A stretch of DNA of 32,000 bases, taken from positions 1-32,000 of the forward strand of contig NC_009933.1 in the NCBI RefSeq assembly GCF_000018105.1. The letters are read 5' to 3'. Of this stretch, positions 9,576-16,713 are shown one piece after another. The notes under the pieces are model-generated. The model was given only the letters and a program-made list of their open reading frames with translations, searched no databases and was not told the origin of the DNA. Position numbers and translations under genes: made by a program. The stretch is from Acaryochloris marina MBIC11017 (GTDB lineage: Bacteria > Cyanobacteriota > Cyanobacteriia > Thermosynechococcales > Thermosynechococcaceae). The first letter of the stretch is position 1. The number at the start of each line of letters is the position of its first letter.

Positions 9576-9637
9576 TGTAACACAAAAGTTTCAAATACAC
9601 TACAAATTTGTAGTGTAAAAGTTTCAAACGTGTTACA
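9576..9637. repeat. Composite dyad symmetry (perfect 22-bp palindrome flanked by an 8-bp IR and a 12-bp direct repeat)
   Basis: TACACTACAAATTTGTAGTGTA at 9596-9617. TGTAACAC 9576-9583 pairs with GTGTTACA 9630-9637. AAAAGTTTCAAA at 9584 and 9617. Confidence 0.7.
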
Positions 9638-9778
9638 AAAAACCAGAAAAACTGCGTTTGCCCTCAAAGTTGGTACAAACCCAAGTGATGGCGGTTAGCC
9701 GTATCCGGGTGGACTCCCCCCACAGAAGCCTCCAAAAGCCCTCTTAAACCCTCTCCCCGTATAGGTTTCTTGCAGGTT

Positions 9779-9909
9779 GGGTACCAGAAGGGTACCACAG
9801 GGGTGCCAGCCGGGTACCAGCAGGGTACCAACAGGGCAACGTTAGGGTACCAAGGCCAACCAACAGGGTACCACTAGGGCAACGCTTGGGTACCAGAAGG
9901 GTACCAAAA
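9779..9909 (+). promoter_or_regulatory. parC-like centromere: eleven 11-bp phased iterons (GGGTACCA core)
   Basis: Units start at 9779, 9790, 9801, 9812, 9823, 9834, 9845, 9866, 9877, 9888 and 9899. Eight carry GGGTACCA, one GGGTGCCA and two GGGCAACG. The array lies directly upstream of the actin-like ATPase gene. Confidence 0.6.
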
Positions 9910-9923
9910 TCCAAAAGGCCGAT

Positions 9924-9953
9924 TTGGCACTTTTCATGGACCTTGCCTATGTT
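9924..9953 (+). promoter_or_regulatory. Possible sigma70-type promoter of the partition operon
   Basis: TTGGCA (9924-9929), 18-nt spacer, TATGTT (9948-9953); 33 nt upstream of ATG 9986. Confidence 0.3.
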
Positions 9954-9985
9954 CCCAAAAGAGCCATCTTTTTGGAGCAAGTTTT

Positions 9986-11011
9986 ATGGAAACTGAATCA
10001 ATCGAAGCGATCGTGATCGACCTGGGGACATCCCTCACGAAAGTTCTGTACTACCAACAGGGGCAATATCACTTCTTTGCTCAATCGAGTTCCGTCCTAG
10101 AGCTAGACCATCGCAAGTATCAACAACATGCAGCTCACCCCCAGACCAAGACCCATGCCATCTGGACTGAAGGGGCGGGCTATCTCGTGGGGCGAGGGGC
10201 CTCTCAACCCTATGAAGAAGTGGACCTCTCTCAAACCAAAGCCACTTCAGCCATCGCTAAGGTACTCGCCGCAATCGGAGAAATCAAAGACCGGGTGAAC
10301 AGTGACAAGGCCATCAAACTGGAGAACGTCATCCTGTTGCTTCCCCTCAAAGAACGCAAAGAATATGAAACCCTAAAGACTGCCATCGTTAAAGCACTCT
10401 ATGGATTTGGGTTCAACGGCAAGACCACAAAGTTTTGGGTCGGACGGTTCAATATCCAATATGAGGGGTATGGCATCACCACGATTTCAACGGAAGAACG
10501 AGCAGCCTTCGCAGTCTTTGGTCAGAAAGATTTGACCATTGGGGCCATGAATCAGGGAGACTTAACCCCAAATATGAGTCAAACCCTCGTGGGTTGGGGC
10601 ATGTCCAAAGTCCTTGAAGAAGTGCAATACACCTTTGAGTCGGATGTGTATGGGGCCAAGTGCGTCTACTCCTATAACCAACGCCGCACCAACCTCAAGA
10701 AACTGATTCCCGCCGAGAAAGTTGAATTTGTCTCCGCTTCCATAGACCGGGCGTTGTCTTCGTCCTGGTATCAAATTGAGCGTAAATTGGATTCCTCCCA
10801 AGCCCTGATGGATGCCGTCACCATCTACGTCACCGGGGGCAGTTCTCAGCTCTGGCGCAAACAGCTCAAAGGGGTCTATGGTCGGCGGCTGAATTGCCTA
10901 GATGGCATCGCGAGAGAAATCGCAGAGACATTCCCCCAATTGGACAAAGACCCCATGATTCTGAGAATGGCTGATGCCTATCTGACGATTAGAGGAATGG
11001 TGGCCGCATGA
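9986..11011 (+). CDS. Actin-like segregation ATPase (ParM-like)
   Basis: IVIDLGTSLTKV (phosphate-1-like) and YVTGGSSQLW (adenosine-motif-like). Iterons lie upstream, and an ATGA stop/start overlap links it to the small RHH-like gene downstream. Confidence 0.6.
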   Translation: METESIEAIVIDLGTSLTKVLYYQQGQYHFFAQSSSVLELDHRKYQQHAAHPQTKTHAIWTEGAGYLVGRGASQPYEEVDLSQTKATSAIAKVLAAIGEIKDRVNSDKAIKLENVILLLPLKERKEYETLKTAIVKALYGFGFNGKTTKFWVGRFNIQYEGYGITTISTEERAAFAVFGQKDLTIGAMNQGDLTPNMSQTLVGWGMSKVLEEVQYTFESDVYGAKCVYSYNQRRTNLKKLIPAEKVEFVSASIDRALSSSWYQIERKLDSSQALMDAVTIYVTGGSSQLWRKQLKGVYGRRLNCLDGIAREIAETFPQLDKDPMILRMADAYLTIRGMVAA

Positions 11012-11415
11012 GCAATCGCAAAACCTTGAACCTCAATTTCAGCACCAGGCCAACCACTCGATTAGCGGCAACGATTGACACGATGAATGAGCTGTATGGC
11101 ACAGACATCAAAGCAGCGACCGCTAACTTGCTGGAATACATGATGGCTCCAATGACTGCGGCGCTATCAGGTGCATCCAGAAGCGAAGTTGACGCCTTGA
11201 TTGCGAAATCCTTGGCTCGGGCGAGATTGCATCTTGAATCGGCCCGTTTGCATCTGCCCTGTGATGAGCTTCCAGAAAAAGTTGCAGAACCATTTGCCGC
11301 TCAAGAGGCATCTTGCCTATCCTCCCCACAAGAAGACTCTTCACCACCACCACTAGATGAAGATGAAGAGTTTGATTACAGCAAACCCATTGGAGTATTT
11401 GATGATGATTACTAG
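11008..11415 (+). CDS. ParR-like centromere-binding adaptor (RHH-like N-terminus, acidic C-terminal tail)
   Basis: 135 aa. N-terminus KTLNLNFSTRPTTRLAATIDTMNELYG, tail DEDEEFDYSKPIGVFDDDY. Position matches the parC-parM-parR order. Confidence 0.5.
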   Translation: MSNRKTLNLNFSTRPTTRLAATIDTMNELYGTDIKAATANLLEYMMAPMTAALSGASRSEVDALIAKSLARARLHLESARLHLPCDELPEKVAEPFAAQEASCLSSPQEDSSPPPLDEDEEFDYSKPIGVFDDDY

Positions 11416-12091
11416 TGAAATCTTAGACCTACTGAAAGTTGATGATGCTGAACTAGAAGAGATTCTGGAAGCTTGTGACTGGACGGGTACCACTGAGTTC
11501 ACAGATGAGCAATCTGAGACCTTGCTGGTGATGAAAGCTCTCCATGATGAGAAGGGGCATGACTATATTGATGCGTACCTTCGCAGCATCGGCCAGAGAC
11601 TACAAGTGAATGACACACTGTTCAATGAAATTTATGCCGCCATAGAAGCAGCGAATGGATTTCTGATTGACTACCGGGAGCGGTTTGAGGAGATTTGCCA
11701 ACTGGTGAATGATTGTATTTCTCCCGCTGAAGCCATCATCCCCCCTCAGCCCGTGGTCGAGGATACGCCCCCAGAGGTCAAGAATGAGGCTGATCCTGAA
11801 TCAGTCCAGATGGATAGATTCATTGATGAGCAGGCGAACGCTGCCATTGCGACCACGATCTCTCAAATCAAAGGGTTTGCAGATCTGGCCTATGAGGAAC
11901 AGGAACGACTGAAGACTCTATTTATGACCAAGTATCGCCAGGGCTTAGCGAAGGAACTCCTTTCCGAGGAATTCAAAGCTGAATTTATGGCACGGATGAC
12001 CGCTAGCTTGGAGGGCAAGGGAGAAGAAAAAAAGCAGGGAGAACTCACTGGAGTAAAGAACCCTACGCCATTGTTGTCCAGCAGCAACTAA
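11402..12091 (+). CDS. Acidic hypothetical protein
   Basis: ORF opens at 11357. ATG 11402 overlaps the stop of the upstream gene. No recognisable domain. Confidence 0.55.
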   Translation: MMITSEILDLLKVDDAELEEILEACDWTGTTEFTDEQSETLLVMKALHDEKGHDYIDAYLRSIGQRLQVNDTLFNEIYAAIEAANGFLIDYRERFEEICQLVNDCISPAEAIIPPQPVVEDTPPEVKNEADPESVQMDRFIDEQANAAIATTISQIKGFADLAYEEQERLKTLFMTKYRQGLAKELLSEEFKAEFMARMTASLEGKGEEKKQGELTGVKNPTPLLSSSN

Positions 12092-12099
12092 CGGCCCGG

Positions 12100-12366
12100 A
12101 TGGATGGCCTGCTTGCAGAAAACGAGAAGGCTATCAAACAGCGCATTGTTGATTTAAAGCTCAAAGACAAGGAAATCAGTCAGCTTGAAAAGCTCCAGCG
12201 CATTAAGCGGACTGAGAGGGAAATTAAACGGGAAGGGACATGGTTCAAAGTCGCGTTTATTGGCATCGGTATTCTCATTGGCGTCCCCGTTGGGGGCTTC
12301 CTCAATCACTTAGCTGGGCAGAATGCGGCTGTGTCTTCGCCCATTGAGCAGGTTTCAGGGAAGTGA
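12100..12366 (+). CDS. Small coiled-coil protein with C-terminal TM helix
   Basis: 88 aa; KEISQLEKLQRIKRTEREIK followed by VAFIGIGILIGVPVGGFL. Confidence 0.55.
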   Translation: MDGLLAENEKAIKQRIVDLKLKDKEISQLEKLQRIKRTEREIKREGTWFKVAFIGIGILIGVPVGGFLNHLAGQNAAVSSPIEQVSGK

Positions 12367-12454
12367 TTTCGGGGGTGGTGTTGGGGTTTGCGATCGCAAA
12401 TCCTGATACCAATACCCCCAAATCACACCTATTAAATACACTGAGCTTTTCACT

Positions 12455-12489
12455 TTTTCAGTTTCTAGAGAGATTCTATATTGCCTAAC
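12455..12489 (+). promoter_or_regulatory. Conserved promoter-like element, copy a
   Basis: TTTTCAGTTTCTAGAGAGATTCTATATTGCCTAAC: -35-like TTTTCA, 16-nt spacer holding heptads AGTTTCT/AGATTCT 11 bp apart, -10-like TATATT. Lies 16 nt before ATG 12505. Confidence 0.45.
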
Positions 12490-12504
12490 TATTGAGGATT
12501 AATC

Positions 12505-13056
12505 ATGTTCTTTTTTGCCTCTACAAGCCTGGTTTTTGGTCTTATGTCAATGGGTTTTTGCGGGTGGGCTATGAGGAACAATGCAGCTTACAAAAAGATT
12601 GATATCCAACTATTGGGCCTTATGCTTTCCGTGGTTTGCTCCAGTTCCCTTGGAATCGTAGCGGTTCTGTACCCCTACCTCGATAGCAGTGGCAGCGTAG
12701 CGGTCAAGCAGGAATTAATAGGGGAGATAGAACCAAACGACTCATCTGAGAGTTTGCCACTGTACTTGGATGTGTTGAACAAAACAGCTAGCCAAAAATT
12801 CGGTGATGAGCTTGTAACTTTATTCCAAGAGCCAAGCAGGTATGTCATTGTCAAAAAAAACGGACTTTTAAAGTCTGAGAAATCTAAAGACTTAAATACA
12901 CTGGCACAATCTGATTGCGATCAAATTCTTGAGATTGCTGGTAGTAAACGAATTTATATTCGCTATATAGACGTTGGAGCAGCATCAATAAAAGATTTCG
13001 ATTGTGATCTCTTGGCAGAGCTAGAGCGTAATCTCCCCATGAAACTGAGGCGTTAG
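12505..13056 (+). CDS. Membrane protein, paralog 1 (two N-terminal TM helices, Cys-containing C-terminal domain)
   Basis: 183 aa. C-terminal LNTLAQSDCDQILEIAG...FDCDLLAELER is shared with the next gene. Confidence 0.65.
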   Translation: MFFFASTSLVFGLMSMGFCGWAMRNNAAYKKIDIQLLGLMLSVVCSSSLGIVAVLYPYLDSSGSVAVKQELIGEIEPNDSSESLPLYLDVLNKTASQKFGDELVTLFQEPSRYVIVKKNGLLKSEKSKDLNTLAQSDCDQILEIAGSKRIYIRYIDVGAASIKDFDCDLLAELERNLPMKLRR

Positions 13057-13174
13057 CTTTTGATGCTGCTCTGCTTTATGCGATGGTTGTCGCTTGCTAT
13101 CCGTAGGATTTCGAGCATCGCACTCTGATACCAACCCCCAACATCACACCTATTAATTCACCCAGTCTTTCAGC

Positions 13175-13209
13175 TTTTCAGATTCTCGACGGATTTTGTG
13201 TTACTTAAT
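13175..13209 (+). promoter_or_regulatory. Conserved promoter-like element, copy b
   Basis: TTTTCAGATTCTCGACGGATTTTGTGTTACTTAAT; 12 nt before ATG 13221. Confidence 0.4.
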
Positions 13210-13220
13210 TGGTTGCAATT

Positions 13221-13697
13221 ATGAACAATAAATTTCTCAACGGTTTTTTCAGGTGCAGCCTTATTGTTGCAGGGATTAGTGTATGTCAGTGGTTTAATCC
13301 AGTTAATCGCCAACCTTCAAAAGATGCATCAGTTAAGCATCGTACTCCAGCTTTATCAGAACGGGATGAGATTGGTCGATTGAAACGGGCCATTAATATC
13401 AATGGCAAAGATAAACTGGGTGATCAATTCATTGGCGCTTCAAGGGTGAAGGACCGTATTGAGATATGGAAACAGACCGACCTGATTAGATCTGGGAATC
13501 CCAAAAGCCTAAATGCTCTTGCAAAGTCTGATTGCGACAAAGCTCTTAGGATTTTTGGGATTGGTCCGGTCAATATGTTCTCTTTTGATCCAATCGATAT
13601 TGAATATTTCGATGAGCAGGCACCTGATGCGAAGCGGTTTCGGTGTGATCAAATGGCAGCGCTAGAACGTGAGAGCTACATCAGGCCAAAGGAATAA
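13221..13697 (+). CDS. Membrane/secreted protein, paralog 2
   Basis: ATG 13221 within the ORF that opens at TTG 13209. LNALAKSDCDKALRIFG...FRCDQMAALER is paralogous to 12505..13056. Confidence 0.65.
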   Translation: MNNKFLNGFFRCSLIVAGISVCQWFNPVNRQPSKDASVKHRTPALSERDEIGRLKRAININGKDKLGDQFIGASRVKDRIEIWKQTDLIRSGNPKSLNALAKSDCDKALRIFGIGPVNMFSFDPIDIEYFDEQAPDAKRFRCDQMAALERESYIRPKE

Positions 13698-13732
13698 CTT
13701 TCAGAATCTCTATGGATTTTGTGTTGCCAAAC
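13698..13732 (+). promoter_or_regulatory. Conserved promoter-like element, copy c
   Basis: CTTTCAGAATCTCTATGGATTTTGTGTTGCCAAAC. Confidence 0.35.
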
Positions 13733-13769
13733 TCAATTTCTCACTCATCCACCCAAACCAAAACTCAGT

Positions 13770-13804
13770 CTTTTGAAATCCCTACAGAATCTATATTACC
13801 TAGG
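13770..13804 (+). promoter_or_regulatory. Conserved promoter-like element, copy d
   Basis: CTTTTGAAATCCCTACAGAATCTATATTACCTAGG. Confidence 0.35.
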
Positions 13805-13921
13805 CAATTTTTACTCAACCATTCATGAACAAATACCCGACAACAATAAAACGACCTCCCCGATCTTCCAGTCCAAGAGGTCGTTACCAATCCTTTCCCT
13901 AAATTATAACGAGGTCACCCA

Positions 13922-14146
13922 ATGACGACTAACCCCTTTTTCGGCTACTACGAGCAAATCTGGATCGACTACCAGACCGACTATGGCCAGCACCCAGACC
14001 CATGCACAAGACTGCCATCAGACCAAATCTTAGACCGGGTTTCGTCCTGGCTGGCTGAGTTTAACCCGCTGCTTCCACCTGAGTCTCAGCTATCTGAGAG
14101 TATCCAGGTGGGCATTGTCCAGCGATTTTATGGGTGGCAGCTATGA
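13922..14146 (+). CDS. Hypothetical small protein
   Basis: 74-aa ORF starting with ATG; no recognisable motif. Confidence 0.4.
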   Translation: MTTNPFFGYYEQIWIDYQTDYGQHPDPCTRLPSDQILDRVSSWLAEFNPLLPPESQLSESIQVGIVQRFYGWQL

Positions 14147-14311
14147 CAAATACTCAAAACCATGATGACTCTTCAGGTTGGGAGGGGGAGAGTTTTACAA
14201 TTGCATGTATTGATGATGTGCCGTTTTGAGTATTGGGGTTCGTACTGCAGGGATGCGATCGCAACTCGATACTAAAATCCTCGACATTGCACCTAGTTAT
14301 ATGCCTTTATA

Positions 14312-14346
14312 TTCTCAAAATCCGCAGAGAATCTGTATTGCCTAAC
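14312..14346 (+). promoter_or_regulatory. Conserved promoter-like element, copy e
   Basis: TTCTCAAAATCCGCAGAGAATCTGTATTGCCTAAC. Confidence 0.4.
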
Positions 14347-14446
14347 CTATTATTGAATTTTCCTGTAAAGAATTAATGCTTGAACTCATGCATATAGCTG
14401 GCATTTATGGTGGCTTGTGCCTATATACTTTGTTTCTCGGTGTGAT

Positions 14447-14653
14447 ATGCCAAATCCAAACCCCAAACATGCTCACTTGAAACCCCAGCCCAGAGCTGAT
14501 AATTCAACGGGTAAGTTATCTAAATCAATTAGTATTCGTTTGGAGCAAGACGTTTATGAATCGCTCTCCAAGAAGTATTCCGGTAGTGGAGAACTCAGAG
14601 CTTGGCTAAGGAAAGTTACGAGAGAGGCCGCAGAAAAAGAAGGGCTGTTATAG
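14447..14653 (+). CDS. Ribbon-helix-helix (CopG/Arc-like) small DNA-binding protein
   Basis: MPNPNPKH... then KSISIRLEQDVYESLSKK, a strand-helix pattern typical of RHH. ATG 14447 lies inside the ORF that opens at GTG 14417. Confidence 0.5.
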   Translation: MPNPNPKHAHLKPQPRADNSTGKLSKSISIRLEQDVYESLSKKYSGSGELRAWLRKVTREAAEKEGLL

Positions 14654-14661
14654 GGTAAGGA

Positions 14662-14958
14662 ATGATGAATTTCTTTTCTAGGAAAAAAGAGCCGACCTTT
14701 GAAAACTCAATATTTCATTCCATAGAATTCTGCAAGAGAGGGGATGGCTATACTTATTTTTTCCGCTTTTTTGATCCGATCGCAAATGAATATCTAGTAT
14801 CTAGAGTCCACCGTTTAGTGCCATTTGAGATCGATGTTTTGCTACAAGAACAGCTGGGTAAACAAGTTCTATCCTGTGATTTCCTTGAGGGTGGTTCTGT
14901 ATTTCATTTTGAAGGCTACACGTTGAAATTGGGCAGTACGGAATTAAGCCAGAATTGA
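14662..14958 (+). CDS. Hypothetical protein (98 aa), 8 nt downstream of the RHH gene
   Basis: ATG-started ORF tightly linked to the upstream gene; no recognisable domain. Confidence 0.5.
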   Translation: MMNFFSRKKEPTFENSIFHSIEFCKRGDGYTYFFRFFDPIANEYLVSRVHRLVPFEIDVLLQEQLGKQVLSCDFLEGGSVFHFEGYTLKLGSTELSQN

Positions 14959-15049
14959 GAGATCGCACTCCTGATACCAATCCCAAAACCCGCACCCATC
15001 CCGCAAGATTCCGACAATGCAGCATTCCCAAGTAAAGGCAGGGAGCAGA

Positions 15050-15067
15050 GCAAAGCCATTGCTTTGC
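15050..15067. terminator. Hairpin between convergent genes (possible bidirectional terminator)
   Basis: GCAAAGC-catt-GCTTTGC; no clear U-tract. Confidence 0.3.
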
Positions 15068-15133
15068 GAGAGCGACATTGCCGATCTGAGGTACGCTACA
15101 CTCTTGCTCGTTTCGGGGGTGCCCACTTCCGCA

Positions 15134-15628
15134 TCATCTCAGCCTGATCCTCGATCCAATACCAGCCCCCGGAACCTGCCCAGCGGCGAGCGTCTTCTCT
15201 TCTTTTAGCATCGTCACCGATAGACCCGCATTGCCATTCTCAAACTGCTCGGAGACTTCCCGCCAACCTAGCTCCCGGTAAAACCTTGCAGAGCTGACCC
15301 TAGCGTTAGACCAAATCGGCCTTGCTTGATTGGACTCTTGCAAATCCTCAAGCAAGTATCGGATCAGTCCTGTGCCAATGCCCTGATTTCTCCAGCCTGG
15401 AGCTGTCGCCATTGCTCTAAGTCGCCACGCAGGTTCTCCGTGCCAGGTTGAGGGAATGAGGGTAGCGCAGCAGATGATTTCTCCATGCTGGTGTATTGCC
15501 CCATAATGACGGGTTTCCTGGTCTTGGTCTTCTGCAAAGATGACCTCAGCGATAGGCAAACCTGGCCGTAAAACTTGGTGGCGAAGTTTGAGGATATGAT
15601 CTGCGGTCGTCCTGGTGAGGGTGATCAT
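15134..15628 (-). CDS. GNAT-family N-acetyltransferase (intact copy; carries protospacer-like 15494-15525)
   Basis: Motif A RLRAMATAPGWRNQGIGTGLIRYLLE; 164 aa. Confidence 0.85.
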   Translation of the reverse strand: MITLTRTTADHILKLRHQVLRPGLPIAEVIFAEDQDQETRHYGAIHQHGEIICCATLIPSTWHGEPAWRLRAMATAPGWRNQGIGTGLIRYLLEDLQESNQARPIWSNARVSSARFYRELGWREVSEQFENGNAGLSVTMLKEEKTLAAGQVPGAGIGSRIRLR

Positions 15629-15757
15629 GGTGGGTGGGGTTGCGATTCTCGGAGAGCAGTCTAAGTCTTACTGACAGCAAGCAACAGCCATCATAAATTT
15701 TGATGCTAATTTCTTGGACCTCATACCTAAAATTTCGGATTGAGACCAATACTATAA

Positions 15758-15792
15758 TTTTCAAAATCTGCCGAGATTCTGAGTTGCCTATC
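15758..15792 (+). promoter_or_regulatory. Conserved promoter-like element, copy f
   Basis: TTTTCAAAATCTGCCGAGATTCTGAGTTGCCTATC; 64 nt before ATG 15856. Confidence 0.4.
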
Positions 15793-15855
15793 TCAATCAC
15801 AAGACCTGAGAATTATAATGTTTGAGCAGCAATCTTCAATTGAGTGGAGTGTTTG

Positions 15856-16482
15856 ATGCAAAAAACACTAAGGATAATAGCTATACATTCGAGCATAGCA
15901 ATGGCTTTGATGATTCCGCCAAAATGCTTGGTTTCTTCTGCAGCAACTTTAACGACACTTGATCCATCTGATTTTTCTGGAGAACCCCAAATTACTTTTG
16001 ATGCTCTGCCTAATCAGACTTCACTGAATGGAAGGGTAATCAATGGGGTCAGATTTAGCTTTGGAATCGGAACAAGTCCAGGTACAGATGCTCCATTTCA
16101 AGGAGTGGGGAGTGTAGAGTATGGCTTTCAATTTAGTAGACAAAGACATATCACTTCTCCCTATGTTAATTTTGCAGGGCCTTTGATTTTGCAATTCCCC
16201 AAGAAATTAACGCAGTTTGGTTACGGCTTTGCGATAGGTACTAATAGCGATGTTATCCCTTCCCTTACAACTGTTGAGCTTTTTAAAGGGACAACATCTT
16301 TAGGATCTTTAAGTTTCGATGGGAGACGGGATGGACCAAATATCTTCGGAAGCACTAACGGAGGTTTTGCAGGAGTTGCAAGCGATATTCCTTTTGATAG
16401 AGCAAAAATTAAGATAAATGCTCTTTCTCCATATGCTGTAGATAATATTCGCTATGTTTCAGTACCTTTCAAAGGTTTGTGA
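15856..16482 (+). CDS. Secreted hypothetical protein (signal peptide)
   Basis: MQKTLRIIAIHSSIAMALMIPP... Ends ...AVDNIRYVSVPFKGL. ATG 15856 within the ORF that opens at GTG 15844. Confidence 0.6.
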   Translation: MQKTLRIIAIHSSIAMALMIPPKCLVSSAATLTTLDPSDFSGEPQITFDALPNQTSLNGRVINGVRFSFGIGTSPGTDAPFQGVGSVEYGFQFSRQRHITSPYVNFAGPLILQFPKKLTQFGYGFAIGTNSDVIPSLTTVELFKGTTSLGSLSFDGRRDGPNIFGSTNGGFAGVASDIPFDRAKIKINALSPYAVDNIRYVSVPFKGL

Positions 16483-16713
16483 ATAGAGTTTGAACAACTG
16501 GGTGTGCTGAAAGATAACGTTTCAGTTTTGGGGCAGCTTGGGTAATACTTTTCCTTTAATGTGAGTCTTTGAGAAGCATAAATAGGAAGAATTCTATTGA
16601 TAATATACGAACACCTACCTTGTTGGGTGGATCAATAATCCAGATTCAATGAATAGCTTTTTATAAAATTCAAAGAATCTGTTAGCTCATATTTACAGGG
16701 GGGAAATAAGGTT

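Noticed and set aside
9779-9909. Iteron cluster as a possible CRISPR array
   Set aside because: The units are only 11 bp with no spacers. The architecture fits a centromere or iteron site, not CRISPR.
9744-9980. 78-aa ORF on the minus strand (GTLLV...WYPAGT repeats)
   Set aside because: It is an artefact of translating the 11-bp GGGTACCA iterons. It has no start context, and the repeat phase (11 bp) is incompatible with coding conservation.
13719-13925. 68-aa ORF starting inside promoter-like element c
   Set aside because: It has a GTG start inside a conserved non-coding element and low-complexity sequence. It spans two promoter-like copies and a hairpin.
14801-15208. ORFs 14801..15031 (-), 14944..15126 (-) and 15017..15208 (+)
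   Set aside because: They are short, mutually overlapping, and cover the intergenic module and hairpin between convergent genes. No motifs.
15546-15800. 84-aa ORF (-) upstream of the GNAT gene
   Set aside because: It overlaps the GNAT 5' end and the promoter-like element f on the opposite strand. No coding signal.
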